47,192 bases of DNA from Bacteroidales bacterium (GTDB lineage: Bacteria; Bacteroidota; Bacteroidia; Bacteroidales; UBA7332). Below the pieces are notes generated by a model, which worked only from the letters and a program-made list of their open reading frames with translations, searched no databases and had not been told where the DNA came from. The translations under genes were made by a program, and so were the position numbers. The DNA lies in assembly GCA_051654305.1 (NCBI GenBank), contig JBOFXU010000262.1, forward strand, positions 1 through 47,192, written 5' to 3'. Of this stretch, positions 19,408-27,754 are shown one piece after another; the first letter of the stretch is position 1, and each line of letters starts with the position of its first letter.

Positions 19408-19992
19408 TTATTTGCGAATCATACCAAGTACCATATTACTCAGATGATCAATAATCTCTTCGGTGGACTGGTTATGAGGAAACAATCTTTTGAAATAGAT
19501 AGAATAGTACTGGAATGGCACCCCGATCAAGGATGTAAAGACATCTGCTGCTGTCAGGTTATCTTTGAGAACACCGCTGGCTCCATAAATTTCTATTACT
19601 TTCTGAGAAAGCAATCTGACCTGATCTGCCAGTTCGGAATTTACCTCATAGGAGAAGTCGTTGAATACGACTATAAAGAATTTGATCTTAGCAGGATGTT
19701 CTTCGGCTGTTGTGCATACCAAATTTGTAACGCCATATACCAAATCCTCTAAACTCACTTTCTCCATCAGCAGTGATGCTATCTTATCGTTGATGATTTG
19801 CAAAGAGTTTTTAAGCAAAAAAGCGATTAGCTCATCTTTACTTGGATAATGTCTGTACAAATAACCTACAGACACGTTTGCCTGTTGAGCGATCATTGCT
19901 ACAGAACAATTTAGAATTCCGGATTCACTAATAATCTCGAGCGCAGCCTCACGAATTCTTTCAATCTTGGTTTCATCTATTCTTCGTGCCAT
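19408..19992 (-). CDS. TetR/AcrR-family transcriptional regulator
   Basis: The HTH region is IREAALEIISESGILNCSVAMIAQQANVSVGYLYRHYPSKDELI. I start it at the ATG at 19992 (MARRIDETK...). The 44-aa extension in the track (to 20124) is AT-rich and low-complexity. Confidence 0.88.
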   Translation of the reverse strand: MARRIDETKIERIREAALEIISESGILNCSVAMIAQQANVSVGYLYRHYPSKDELIAFLLKNSLQIINDKIASLLMEKVSLEDLVYGVTNLVCTTAEEHPAKIKFFIVVFNDFSYEVNSELADQVRLLSQKVIEIYGASGVLKDNLTAADVFTSLIGVPFQYYSIYFKRLFPHNQSTEEIIDHLSNMVLGMIRK

Positions 19993-20040
19993 TTCTATAT
20001 AGTTTAGGTCTGATGTTTCTATTTCTGTATTTATTGTATG

Positions 20041-20086
20041 AATTAAAATGAATATTTTCAATGATGAATACTTGTTCATTTTAATT
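20041..20086. promoter_or_regulatory. Perfect 12-bp inverted repeat upstream of the TetR-led operon (candidate operator or 5' hairpin)
   Basis: AATTAAAATGAA (20041..20052) and TTCATTTTAATT (20075..20086) are exact reverse complements separated by 22 nt. They lie 49-94 nt upstream of the TetR ATG. A near-consensus -7 box (CATATTTG on minus, 20094..20101) sits just upstream. Confidence 0.35.
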
Positions 20087-20423
20087 TCGGATGCAAATAT
20101 GAATAATAAAATTGAAACTTGCAATAATAAATGAATGAAAGCTCATCAATTTATTCAATGAAGCACAAGCAAGCCAATAGATTAACAGAAATGAGTAAGA
20201 AAAAGACAGGTATAAACAATTATTTAACACTTTACAAGTAATTAAATGGAAAAATAGAAGTTTTCGAACGAGTTGATGCAGAGGGAATAACGAAGAAGAA
20301 GAATTAAAAAATATGGAATGGAGCGTTTATCTGAAGGGAAAAGTAGCGGTTTTAGTGGGAAAAAGTAACCGCAGGAATGAATAAAAACGAGGGGATAAAT
20401 AGAGAGAGATGCCTATCTCTGAG

Positions 20424-20465
20424 ACAAAAAAAAGCAGTAGACTCAACGAGTAAGTCTACTGCTTT
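20424..20465 (-). terminator. Rho-independent terminator after the RND operon
   Basis: AAAGCAGTAGACT (20431..20443) pairs with AGTCTACTGCTTT (20453..20465). On the minus strand it is followed by a T run of at least 8 nt. It starts 6 nt after the TolC stop. Confidence 0.85.
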
Positions 20466-20470
20466 GATAT

Positions 20471-21793
20471 TTATTGATATAAAAAACTTATTAAATCACC
20501 TGTCAGCTGCATCAGTGAAATTTCGCATAACTTTGTTTCAAACTCGGCGATAGAGAAACGCTCTTCTGATGAGAGAAGGCTATTTTGAGCCTCGCGAAGT
20601 TCGATACCGGAGAGGTCTCCGAGTTTGTATCGGTCCATAGCAATCTCCAGATACTCTTTGGCTGCTTCGACATTCTGGGCTTCGAGCTTTAACAGCTCAA
20701 GGTTATTGGTATACGCGACCCAGAGATTGGACATATCAGCTTTTAATCCGAGCTCAAGGGATTGTTTCTGAAGTTCGGTTATCCGGATCTGAGCTTTCGC
20801 ATTGCGTTGCTCCCGGCGTCTGTTTAATCCATCAAACAGGTTAATCCCAATGGTTGCACCATAATTCAATGACAACTGTTCACGCTGTTTGATCTCATTA
20901 CTATTGTTCCAGTTCGAGTTATATCCATAACCGGCATTCAGCTTGAGGTAAGGATAATTTCGTGATCGGGCAATACGAAGATCCTGCTCGCTCAGTTTCT
21001 GCTCTTTTTCTAAAGCAACAAGCGAAAGGTTGGACTGCATCGTCCGTTCCCACAATGCCTCTTTGTCGGCAAGAGGAACAAGCACGATAGACTCATCGGC
21101 GATACGTACCGGCGACTGCATATTATCAATCGCAAGAAGCTCGTTGAGAGTAATCTGATATTTGTAGACGGCTTCCGTTTGTTTCATATAAAGCGAGTTG
21201 TCCGCGTTATAGTCTACTTTTGCCTGTTGTAGTTCAAGGCGTGATGCGGATCCGAGATGATAGCGCTCTTCTACAATACGCAATCGTTCTTTGGATAAAC
21301 TTAGCGCGGCACTCAGATTATTCAGTCGGATCTTCTGACGAATGAGCTGATAGTAGGCCATAGATATATCTGCTGCCGTATTTTCAAATGTAATTCGTGT
21401 ATTCAGTTCGCCGATAGACTGAAGTTCTTTTAGCTTGGCATGAGTGGCCTGAATCTTCATTCCATCAAAAATAGTCCAGGACATGTTGAGTCCTGCATTT
21501 GCGGATTGAGCCGATTCATCTTCAAACTCTCCCTTCACTCCTTCTGTGGTGGTGGTACGGTTATCGTTGATTTGACCTCCGTAGCCTCCGTTCAGATCAA
21601 GCCTTGGTAAATATCCGGCATTGCCAATGGTGGCATTATTATCAGAAATCGTCTGACGTTCTTGCTGAATGCGAACCTGGAAATTATTCTCCAGTCCGAT
21701 CCGTATGCAGTCCTGTAACGACAGGGGATTCTGAGCAAATAGATATGAACCCAGAGAGAGTAATGCTGTCAGTATCGTGATTTTATTTCTCAT
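20471..21793 (-). CDS. TolC-family outer-membrane factor of the RND system
   Basis: 440 aa with a signal peptide (YLFAQN) and two OEP repeats. Its start overlaps the RND pump stop (ATGA). Confidence 0.9.
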   Translation of the reverse strand: MRNKITILTALLSLGSYLFAQNPLSLQDCIRIGLENNFQVRIQQERQTISDNNATIGNAGYLPRLDLNGGYGGQINDNRTTTTEGVKGEFEDESAQSANAGLNMSWTIFDGMKIQATHAKLKELQSIGELNTRITFENTAADISMAYYQLIRQKIRLNNLSAALSLSKERLRIVEERYHLGSASRLELQQAKVDYNADNSLYMKQTEAVYKYQITLNELLAIDNMQSPVRIADESIVLVPLADKEALWERTMQSNLSLVALEKEQKLSEQDLRIARSRNYPYLKLNAGYGYNSNWNNSNEIKQREQLSLNYGATIGINLFDGLNRRREQRNAKAQIRITELQKQSLELGLKADMSNLWVAYTNNLELLKLEAQNVEAAKEYLEIAMDRYKLGDLSGIELREAQNSLLSSEERFSIAEFETKLCEISLMQLTGDLISFLYQ

Positions 21794-24700
21794 TTCTGAT
21801 CTTTATTAATTCGGTTTGTCGATACAAAGCTATAAATAGCAGGTACAATATAAAGGGTAAGGAAAGTAGAAACTAACATTCCACCTACAACGGCAACCCC
21901 CATAGAGATGCGGCTGTTTGCTCCTTCTCCGGAAGCATAAACCAACGGCAATAGTCCAAGTAGGGTGGATGCACTGGTCATCAAAATCGGACGAAGACGC
22001 TGAATAGATGCCGTATGTATTGCTTCGGATTTGTCAATTCCCTCGTCTTGTCGCTGATTGGCAAACTCTACAATCAGAATACCATTTTTTGCTACCAATC
22101 CGATAAGCATAATAATACCAATCTGACTAAAGATATTCATGGTCGTTCCTGTGTAATACATGAACATCAGTGCCCCGGCAATCGCCAAAGGTACAGTTAC
22201 CATGATAACCATCGGATCCTTGAAACTCTCGAACTGAGCGGCAAGCACCAGGTAGATGAGCATCAATGCCAGAACAAAAGCAAACAACAGACTGGAGGAG
22301 CTCTCGCGGAACTCTTTTGACTCACCGGTCAGAGCTGTTCTGAACGTGTCATCTAATGTCTCTTTGGCAATGCGGTCCATCTCATCTAACCCGTCACCAA
22401 TGGTTTTCCCTTTGGCTAAACCAGTAGACACAGTGGCCGAAACAAATCGGTTGTAGCGAAACAACTTCGGTGGAGCGACATCTTCTTTCAAAGAGACAAG
22501 GTTATCAAGCTGAATCATCTCAGCCCCCTGACTACGCACATAGATTGATTTGAGATCAAGCGGTGTATTTCGTTGCTGGCGATTAATCTCTCCTAAGATC
22601 TGGTACTGCTTACCATTCATATAGAAGTACCCCATACGCTGTCCGCTTAATGCATATTGCAATGTTTGAGCGATATTAATTGTATTGACCCCTAACTGAT
22701 TGGCTTTATCCCGGTTGATAAATATACGCGTTTCGGGTTTCGTAAACTTCAGATCGACATCTGCCATCTGGAATACGGGACTTTCATTCACCAACTTCAT
22801 AAACTTGGGTACAAACTCCTGAAGTTTCTCCAAGGTCGGAGCCTGAAGTACATATTGTACAGGCATCCCTCCTCGTCCACCTCCAAAGGTAGAGGTCTGG
22901 CGGACAAAGGCTCGTCCCTTTGTTTTTGAACGTACAGCGCCTGAAAGTTCATCGGCAATCTGCATCTGAGAGCGTTCCCGCTCGTTGATATCTTTAAGTG
23001 TAAGGAAGGCAAAACCATTTCCGGACATCGCCCGCCCAACATTTGAGGCTTTCTCTGGTACAAGTGAATCAACTACGCCTGCAACTTCATCGGCATAATC
23101 GCGCATAAATTCAAATGTCGTTCCTTCTGGTGCACGCAGAGCAACCACAATCTGAGAGCGGTCTTCCATAGGAGATAACTCCGAAGGTATTTTCCCCCAT
23201 AACCAGAATATTAGTCCGGAAAGGAGAAGCACCAAAGGGATTGCAGCGATTTTATGCTTCAGAAAAGTTGCCAGCGAAGAGCTATACGCATTATTCAACC
23301 ATTCGAAGAAAGGCTCGGTAAGCGTATAAAACTTATTCTTTTTCTCGCGACGTTTCAGAATCTTTGTTGCAAACATCGGTGTAAATGTCAATGCAACAAA
23401 GGAAGAGATGATCACCGAGCCGGCAATCACCAAACTGAACTCCTTGAAGAGTCGTCCTGTCATTCCATCCAGGAATACAATTGGCAGGAATACCGCCACC
23501 AGTGTGATTGTTGTAGAAATTACGGCAAAGAAAATCTCTTTTGAACCTTCAATACCGGCATCAATCGGTTTCATTCCCCGCTCGATACGCACATAAATAT
23601 TCTCGGCGACTACAATAGCATCATCCACAACCAGACCTACCGATAATACAATGGCAAGCATTGTCAGTACATTGATCGAAAATCCGGAGATATACATCAC
23701 AAAGAATGCTCCGATCAGGGAGATTGGTATAACGACCACCGGAACTAACGTAACGCGCCAGTCTCGCAGAAACAGGAAGATAATAAGCACCACCAGTAAG
23801 AAGGCAACGTATATTGTCTCCTCTACTTCTTTGATGGATGCACGAATAAATTTTGTGTTATCAAAAACAACATCTATCGTTACATCTTCCGGTAAATCCT
23901 TTTTTAATTGCTGTACGCGCAGATTGGCTTCATCGGCGATTTCGATATGGTTTGCTCCGGGTTGAGGAACAATTACCAGCATCACCGTGGGGATTCCGTT
24001 CAGCTTTAATATACTTCGCTGGTCTTCGGGACCGAGTTCGGCTCTACCGACATCGCTAAAGCGTACGATATTTCCGTTATCCTCTTTGATGATCAGATCA
24101 TTAAACTCCTTTGGTGTAGACATCAAGCCCAATGTGCGGATAGAGAGTTCAACCATATCGCCTTCAACACTTCCGGATGGTAGCTCTACGTTCTCTTTAT
24201 CAACGGCACTCTTAACATCCAGAGGTGTGACTCCATACCCGGCCATTTTCACCGGATCCAGCCACAAACGCATGGAATAGCGTTTTGCACCCCAAAGGTC
24301 AACTGCACTAACGTTAGAGATCGTTTGCAAACGTTCTTTTACGGTCAGTTCGGCAATTTCTGTCAATTGCAGGAGTGATCGGCTCTGACTGCCCAGAGAG
24401 ATACGGATGATCGGATCCGAATCGGCATCGGCTTTTGATACAGTAGGCGGATCGCAGTCACGTGGCAGATAGCGCTGAGCCCGGGATACTTTATCGCGTA
24501 CATCGTTCGCTGCACGCTCCATATCCACTTCAAGTTCGAACTCTACTGTGATGCGGGAACTCCCCTGACTACTCTGACTCGACAAAGAACGAATCCCGGG
24601 AATACCATTAATATTTTGCTCCAATGGTTCTGTAATCTGGTTCATGATTACATCTGCATTAGCTCCGGGATAATTGACATCCACGGATATAATAGGTTTG

Positions 24701-24822
24701 TCAACACTTGGGTATTCGCGTACTCCCAGTGACGTATAACCGATCAGTCCAAAAAGGATAATGATCAGCATAAGCACGGTAGCTAATACAGGCCGACGTA
24801 TACTTAATTCTGAAATATTCAT
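21790..24822 (-). CDS. RND efflux pump, inner-membrane permease (AcrB/HAE1-like)
   Basis: 1010 aa. The N-terminus SELSIRRPVLATVLMLIIILFG is typical of the family. It has 12 predicted TM segments and two large periplasmic loops, plus the conserved VVDDAIVVAENI motif. Confidence 0.95.
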   Translation of the reverse strand: MNISELSIRRPVLATVLMLIIILFGLIGYTSLGVREYPSVDKPIISVDVNYPGANADVIMNQITEPLEQNINGIPGIRSLSSQSSQGSSRITVEFELEVDMERAANDVRDKVSRAQRYLPRDCDPPTVSKADADSDPIIRISLGSQSRSLLQLTEIAELTVKERLQTISNVSAVDLWGAKRYSMRLWLDPVKMAGYGVTPLDVKSAVDKENVELPSGSVEGDMVELSIRTLGLMSTPKEFNDLIIKEDNGNIVRFSDVGRAELGPEDQRSILKLNGIPTVMLVIVPQPGANHIEIADEANLRVQQLKKDLPEDVTIDVVFDNTKFIRASIKEVEETIYVAFLLVVLIIFLFLRDWRVTLVPVVVIPISLIGAFFVMYISGFSINVLTMLAIVLSVGLVVDDAIVVAENIYVRIERGMKPIDAGIEGSKEIFFAVISTTITLVAVFLPIVFLDGMTGRLFKEFSLVIAGSVIISSFVALTFTPMFATKILKRREKKNKFYTLTEPFFEWLNNAYSSSLATFLKHKIAAIPLVLLLSGLIFWLWGKIPSELSPMEDRSQIVVALRAPEGTTFEFMRDYADEVAGVVDSLVPEKASNVGRAMSGNGFAFLTLKDINERERSQMQIADELSGAVRSKTKGRAFVRQTSTFGGGRGGMPVQYVLQAPTLEKLQEFVPKFMKLVNESPVFQMADVDLKFTKPETRIFINRDKANQLGVNTINIAQTLQYALSGQRMGYFYMNGKQYQILGEINRQQRNTPLDLKSIYVRSQGAEMIQLDNLVSLKEDVAPPKLFRYNRFVSATVSTGLAKGKTIGDGLDEMDRIAKETLDDTFRTALTGESKEFRESSSSLLFAFVLALMLIYLVLAAQFESFKDPMVIMVTVPLAIAGALMFMYYTGTTMNIFSQIGIIMLIGLVAKNGILIVEFANQRQDEGIDKSEAIHTASIQRLRPILMTSASTLLGLLPLVYASGEGANSRISMGVAVVGGMLVSTFLTLYIVPAIYSFVSTNRINKDQK

Positions 24823-24843
24823 ATTCTGCTTTTCTCTGGATAA

Positions 24844-25944
24844 TTACTGAATTCGTTCGATAGCTACCGGCATTCCCTTGCGCAACTGCATCACACCGGT
24901 TGTGATAACCGTATCGCCAACAGTGAGCCCCTGAAGAATCTGCACACGGGATTCGGTACGAAGTCCTGCGTTCACCTCAACTGGCTCAGATTTCCCGTTC
25001 TTATACACATACACAAGATCTTTGCCCATTTCAGGAATCAGAGCTTCACTTGGAATGGTCAACGCATCTTTTATCTCACCCAAAGAGATATTTACACTGG
25101 CAAAACGTCCAGGCACCAAGAGTTCACGCTCATTGGCATAAAGAGCACGTGCTGTGAGTGTACGAGTTTTTCGGTCGACAAGCGACTCTACGGCATACAC
25201 TTTTGCCTTCAACGGTTCGAGAATACCATCTACACGAAACGTAACCTCGGCGTTCTTGCGTATCGCTTTGGAATATCTTTCCGGAAAGGAGAATTCTATT
25301 TTTAGTGGTTTTACTTTGGTCAAACGGGCCAGAGAGGTCCCGGTAGAAGCATAGGCACCTTCACTGATCGCTCGTAGGCCGATGATGCCATCAAATGGAG
25401 CCCGAATTTCTGTCTGAGCAATATTTGCTTTAACCAATTCTATATCTGCATGAAGTTTTTCAAGATCTGTTGTCACCTGCTGATACGCTTCCTGACTTAC
25501 TGCATCCTTTGCCAGCAAAGTCTTCTGACGATATACCCGTCCTTCAAGTAACGGAAGCTGAGCTTCCAGCTTCTTCAACTGAGCCTGCAATGGTTTATCA
25601 TTCATTTTAGCCAGCAAGGTTCCTTTCTTCACAAAAGAGCCTTCCTGAAAGAAGATATCTACAACTTTTCCGGAAGATTCAAATGTCAAAAACACCTCTT
25701 CATCAGGTATAACACTTCCTGTACTCACAATGCTCTCCCCCAATGGACCGGGGCGAAGAATTTCTGCGGCAACCGGCAGAGCTTTCTGACTACGCCCTGC
25801 ACCTTTTTTTGATTGATCAGCTTGAACAGGAGTTGACTCCAGTTCATTTTTCTTTAATTTCGGATAAAAAGCCATTACCCCGACAAAAAGGAAGATAATC
25901 CCAATAATACTCCATCTAACTCTCTTGTTCATATGAGCTCTCAT
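24844..25944 (-). CDS. RND efflux periplasmic adaptor (membrane fusion protein)
   Basis: 366 aa (alternative ATG at 25932). It has an N-terminal TM anchor, a lipoyl motif (GKVVDIFFQEGSFVKKGTLLAKM), a coiled-coil hairpin and a beta-barrel. It lies directly upstream of the pump gene. Confidence 0.9.
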   Translation of the reverse strand: MRAHMNKRVRWSIIGIIFLFVGVMAFYPKLKKNELESTPVQADQSKKGAGRSQKALPVAAEILRPGPLGESIVSTGSVIPDEEVFLTFESSGKVVDIFFQEGSFVKKGTLLAKMNDKPLQAQLKKLEAQLPLLEGRVYRQKTLLAKDAVSQEAYQQVTTDLEKLHADIELVKANIAQTEIRAPFDGIIGLRAISEGAYASTGTSLARLTKVKPLKIEFSFPERYSKAIRKNAEVTFRVDGILEPLKAKVYAVESLVDRKTRTLTARALYANERELLVPGRFASVNISLGEIKDALTIPSEALIPEMGKDLVYVYKNGKSEPVEVNAGLRTESRVQILQGLTVGDTVITTGVMQLRKGMPVAIERIQ

Positions 25945-26088
25945 TAAGTAATTCGAACATGTTCAATATTTCTGGCAAAATAACACATAATAGTCCTATG
26001 CCATCCTAACTAAACTATGATTTTTTATATCTCGTGTAACTAAAATATGGATTTTGACCAATGCCGCCGACAAAGGTTTAATCCCCTG

Positions 26089-26135
26089 GAAAAAAAAAAG
26101 AAGAATCCCCCGAAAATAACAGAGAATTCTTCTTT
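26089..26135 (-). terminator. Rho-independent terminator after the KamA-like gene
   Basis: AAAGAAGAAT (26097..26106) pairs with ATTCTTCTTT (26126..26135). A T run follows on the minus strand. It lies about 50 nt after the stop at 26188. Confidence 0.65.
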
Positions 26136-26187
26136 CATTATAATCATCAACCGATTCTTTTTATTTCATACCATTTCACCTGAAATG

Positions 26188-27522
26188 CTATTCAAAAGAA
26201 ATTGGATTTGCTTTCTTCAAACGAGGCTTTTCGTCCATTTCTTCTTCAAAGAAGAATTTCTCTTCCCCGAACGCAGGTTGAAGCTGATCCATCCATGTTG
26301 CTTTTGGATCGTATTTTGCAAAAAATGGAACTCCTACCCAATTCGGATTACGTCCCTGAAGGAAATTCAGAACAAAGACTTTCTCTCCTTTGATTTCTGA
26401 GACACCTACCACCTGAACTTTTCCAGGGAAAGCACTCATACTTGGTCCGCGAACAGTTCTGCACACCCCGCTTACCTGTGCATAGGCATCACGGAATATC
26501 TTCCAGCAGTTCTCAATCGGCAGTTCAAAGAAGTGACGTGACCCCGTATCTCTTGCAATAAACATGTAGTATGGAATACATCCCAGGTCTACTTGTTTTC
26601 TCCACATCTCTGCAAAGATTTTAGGTGAATTGTTGATATGATTCAACACCGGTGTTTGTGTACGTATCTGTGCACCTGTTGCTCTGATGCGCTTGATCGC
26701 TTTCTGCACGGCAGGTGTAGATAATTCTACCGGGTGATTAAAGTGAGCCTGAATAGCCAGATTTCGTCCTGACTTCACCACTTTTTCAAACAATTCAATA
26801 ATCTCATCGGAATCCTTATCGGTTAGATAACGGTACGGCCAGTAGCCTAACGTTTTTGTTCCGATACGAATCGTATGTATATGCTTATACTCGTCTGTAA
26901 GCAGAGGCTCAATATATGATTTCAGAATAGCAGCACTCATCACCATCGGATCTCCCCCCGTAAATAGTAAATCTGTTACCTTAGGTTGTGATTTCAGGTA
27001 AGAGTAAAGTAGCTCCGACTCCTTCATAGAGAATTTCAGGCCGCTCATCGAAGAGAACTGAGGCCAGCGAAAGCAGAACGTACAATAGGCATGACACGTC
27101 TGTCCCTGGCTTGGGAAAAACAATACCGTTTCTCTGTATTTATGCTGTACTCCTTTTAATTTGATTTCTCCCAAATAAGGTACATTGTGTTCTTGCCCTG
27201 CCGGATTCGGATTCAATGACATTCTGATTTCATTCACCACTTCGTCCAGCTCACTCTTTGAAGCTCCGCTATCTAATAATTTCTTTACGCGTTTGTAATC
27301 TTTCGACTGAAGCATCTCTGCACGCGGGAAGGTCAATGTAAAGATCGGATCATTCGGAATATTATTCCAGTCAATTAATTCGTCAATGACATAGTTATTT
27401 GTCTTGAATGGGAGGACTCTGCCAACCACTTCAATCGCTTCAATTGTTTTCTGGTCCAGATTTCCGATCTGAGGGATACTCTTATAGTTGGAGAGAGTAA
27501 ATGATTGATAGGCTTTATTCAT
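26188..27522 (-). CDS. KamA-family radical SAM protein (lysine 2,3-aminomutase-like, divergent subfamily)
   Basis: 444 aa. The radical SAM cluster is CHAYCTFC, inside VLFFPSQGQTCHAYCTFCFRWPQF. The family-typical N-terminal helix region and the FTGGDP motif are present, and there is a long C-terminal extension. Confidence 0.85.
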   Translation of the reverse strand: MNKAYQSFTLSNYKSIPQIGNLDQKTIEAIEVVGRVLPFKTNNYVIDELIDWNNIPNDPIFTLTFPRAEMLQSKDYKRVKKLLDSGASKSELDEVVNEIRMSLNPNPAGQEHNVPYLGEIKLKGVQHKYRETVLFFPSQGQTCHAYCTFCFRWPQFSSMSGLKFSMKESELLYSYLKSQPKVTDLLFTGGDPMVMSAAILKSYIEPLLTDEYKHIHTIRIGTKTLGYWPYRYLTDKDSDEIIELFEKVVKSGRNLAIQAHFNHPVELSTPAVQKAIKRIRATGAQIRTQTPVLNHINNSPKIFAEMWRKQVDLGCIPYYMFIARDTGSRHFFELPIENCWKIFRDAYAQVSGVCRTVRGPSMSAFPGKVQVVGVSEIKGEKVFVLNFLQGRNPNWVGVPFFAKYDPKATWMDQLQPAFGEEKFFFEEEMDEKPRLKKANPISFE

Positions 27523-27690
27523 AGCTATATTTCATTTATTAAAGGTTATTATTCAAAAAGGATCACAAATCAGTCCCCAAAGTAAAACAAAAGGACTTAT
27601 CACTGCGACTTCTTAAAGGTACAAACTTTTGATTGATATACAATAAAATAAACAAATAAATTAACTTTTTAAAATATAAATGACAGATAC

Positions 27691-27738
27691 AAAAATATCC
27701 GATAGCATTTATAATAATTAACACTATCGGATATTTTT
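27691..27738 (-). terminator. Hairpin terminator after tamL
   Basis: AAAAATATCCGATAG (27691..27705) pairs perfectly with CTATCGGATATTTTT (27724..27738), with an 18-nt loop. It lies 17 nt after the stop at 27755. Confidence 0.75.
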
Positions 27739-27754
27739 ACTATTTTCTATTTGA

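Noticed and set aside
19993-20124. 44-aa N-terminal extension of the TetR regulator
   Set aside because: It is AT-rich, Ile/Phe/Asn-heavy sequence overlapping the inverted repeat and putative promoter. The HTH domain begins right after the ATG at 19992.
20313-20384. 23-aa ORF (MEWSVYLKGKVAVLVGKSNRRNE) in the purine-rich tract
   Set aside because: It is too short to support without expression or conservation data, and no -7 box lies upstream.
26047-26400. 117-aa plus-strand ORF starting in the RND/KamA intergenic region
   Set aside because: It runs through the KamA terminator and antisense into the KamA 3' end. It has a poly-Lys/Phe low-complexity composition.
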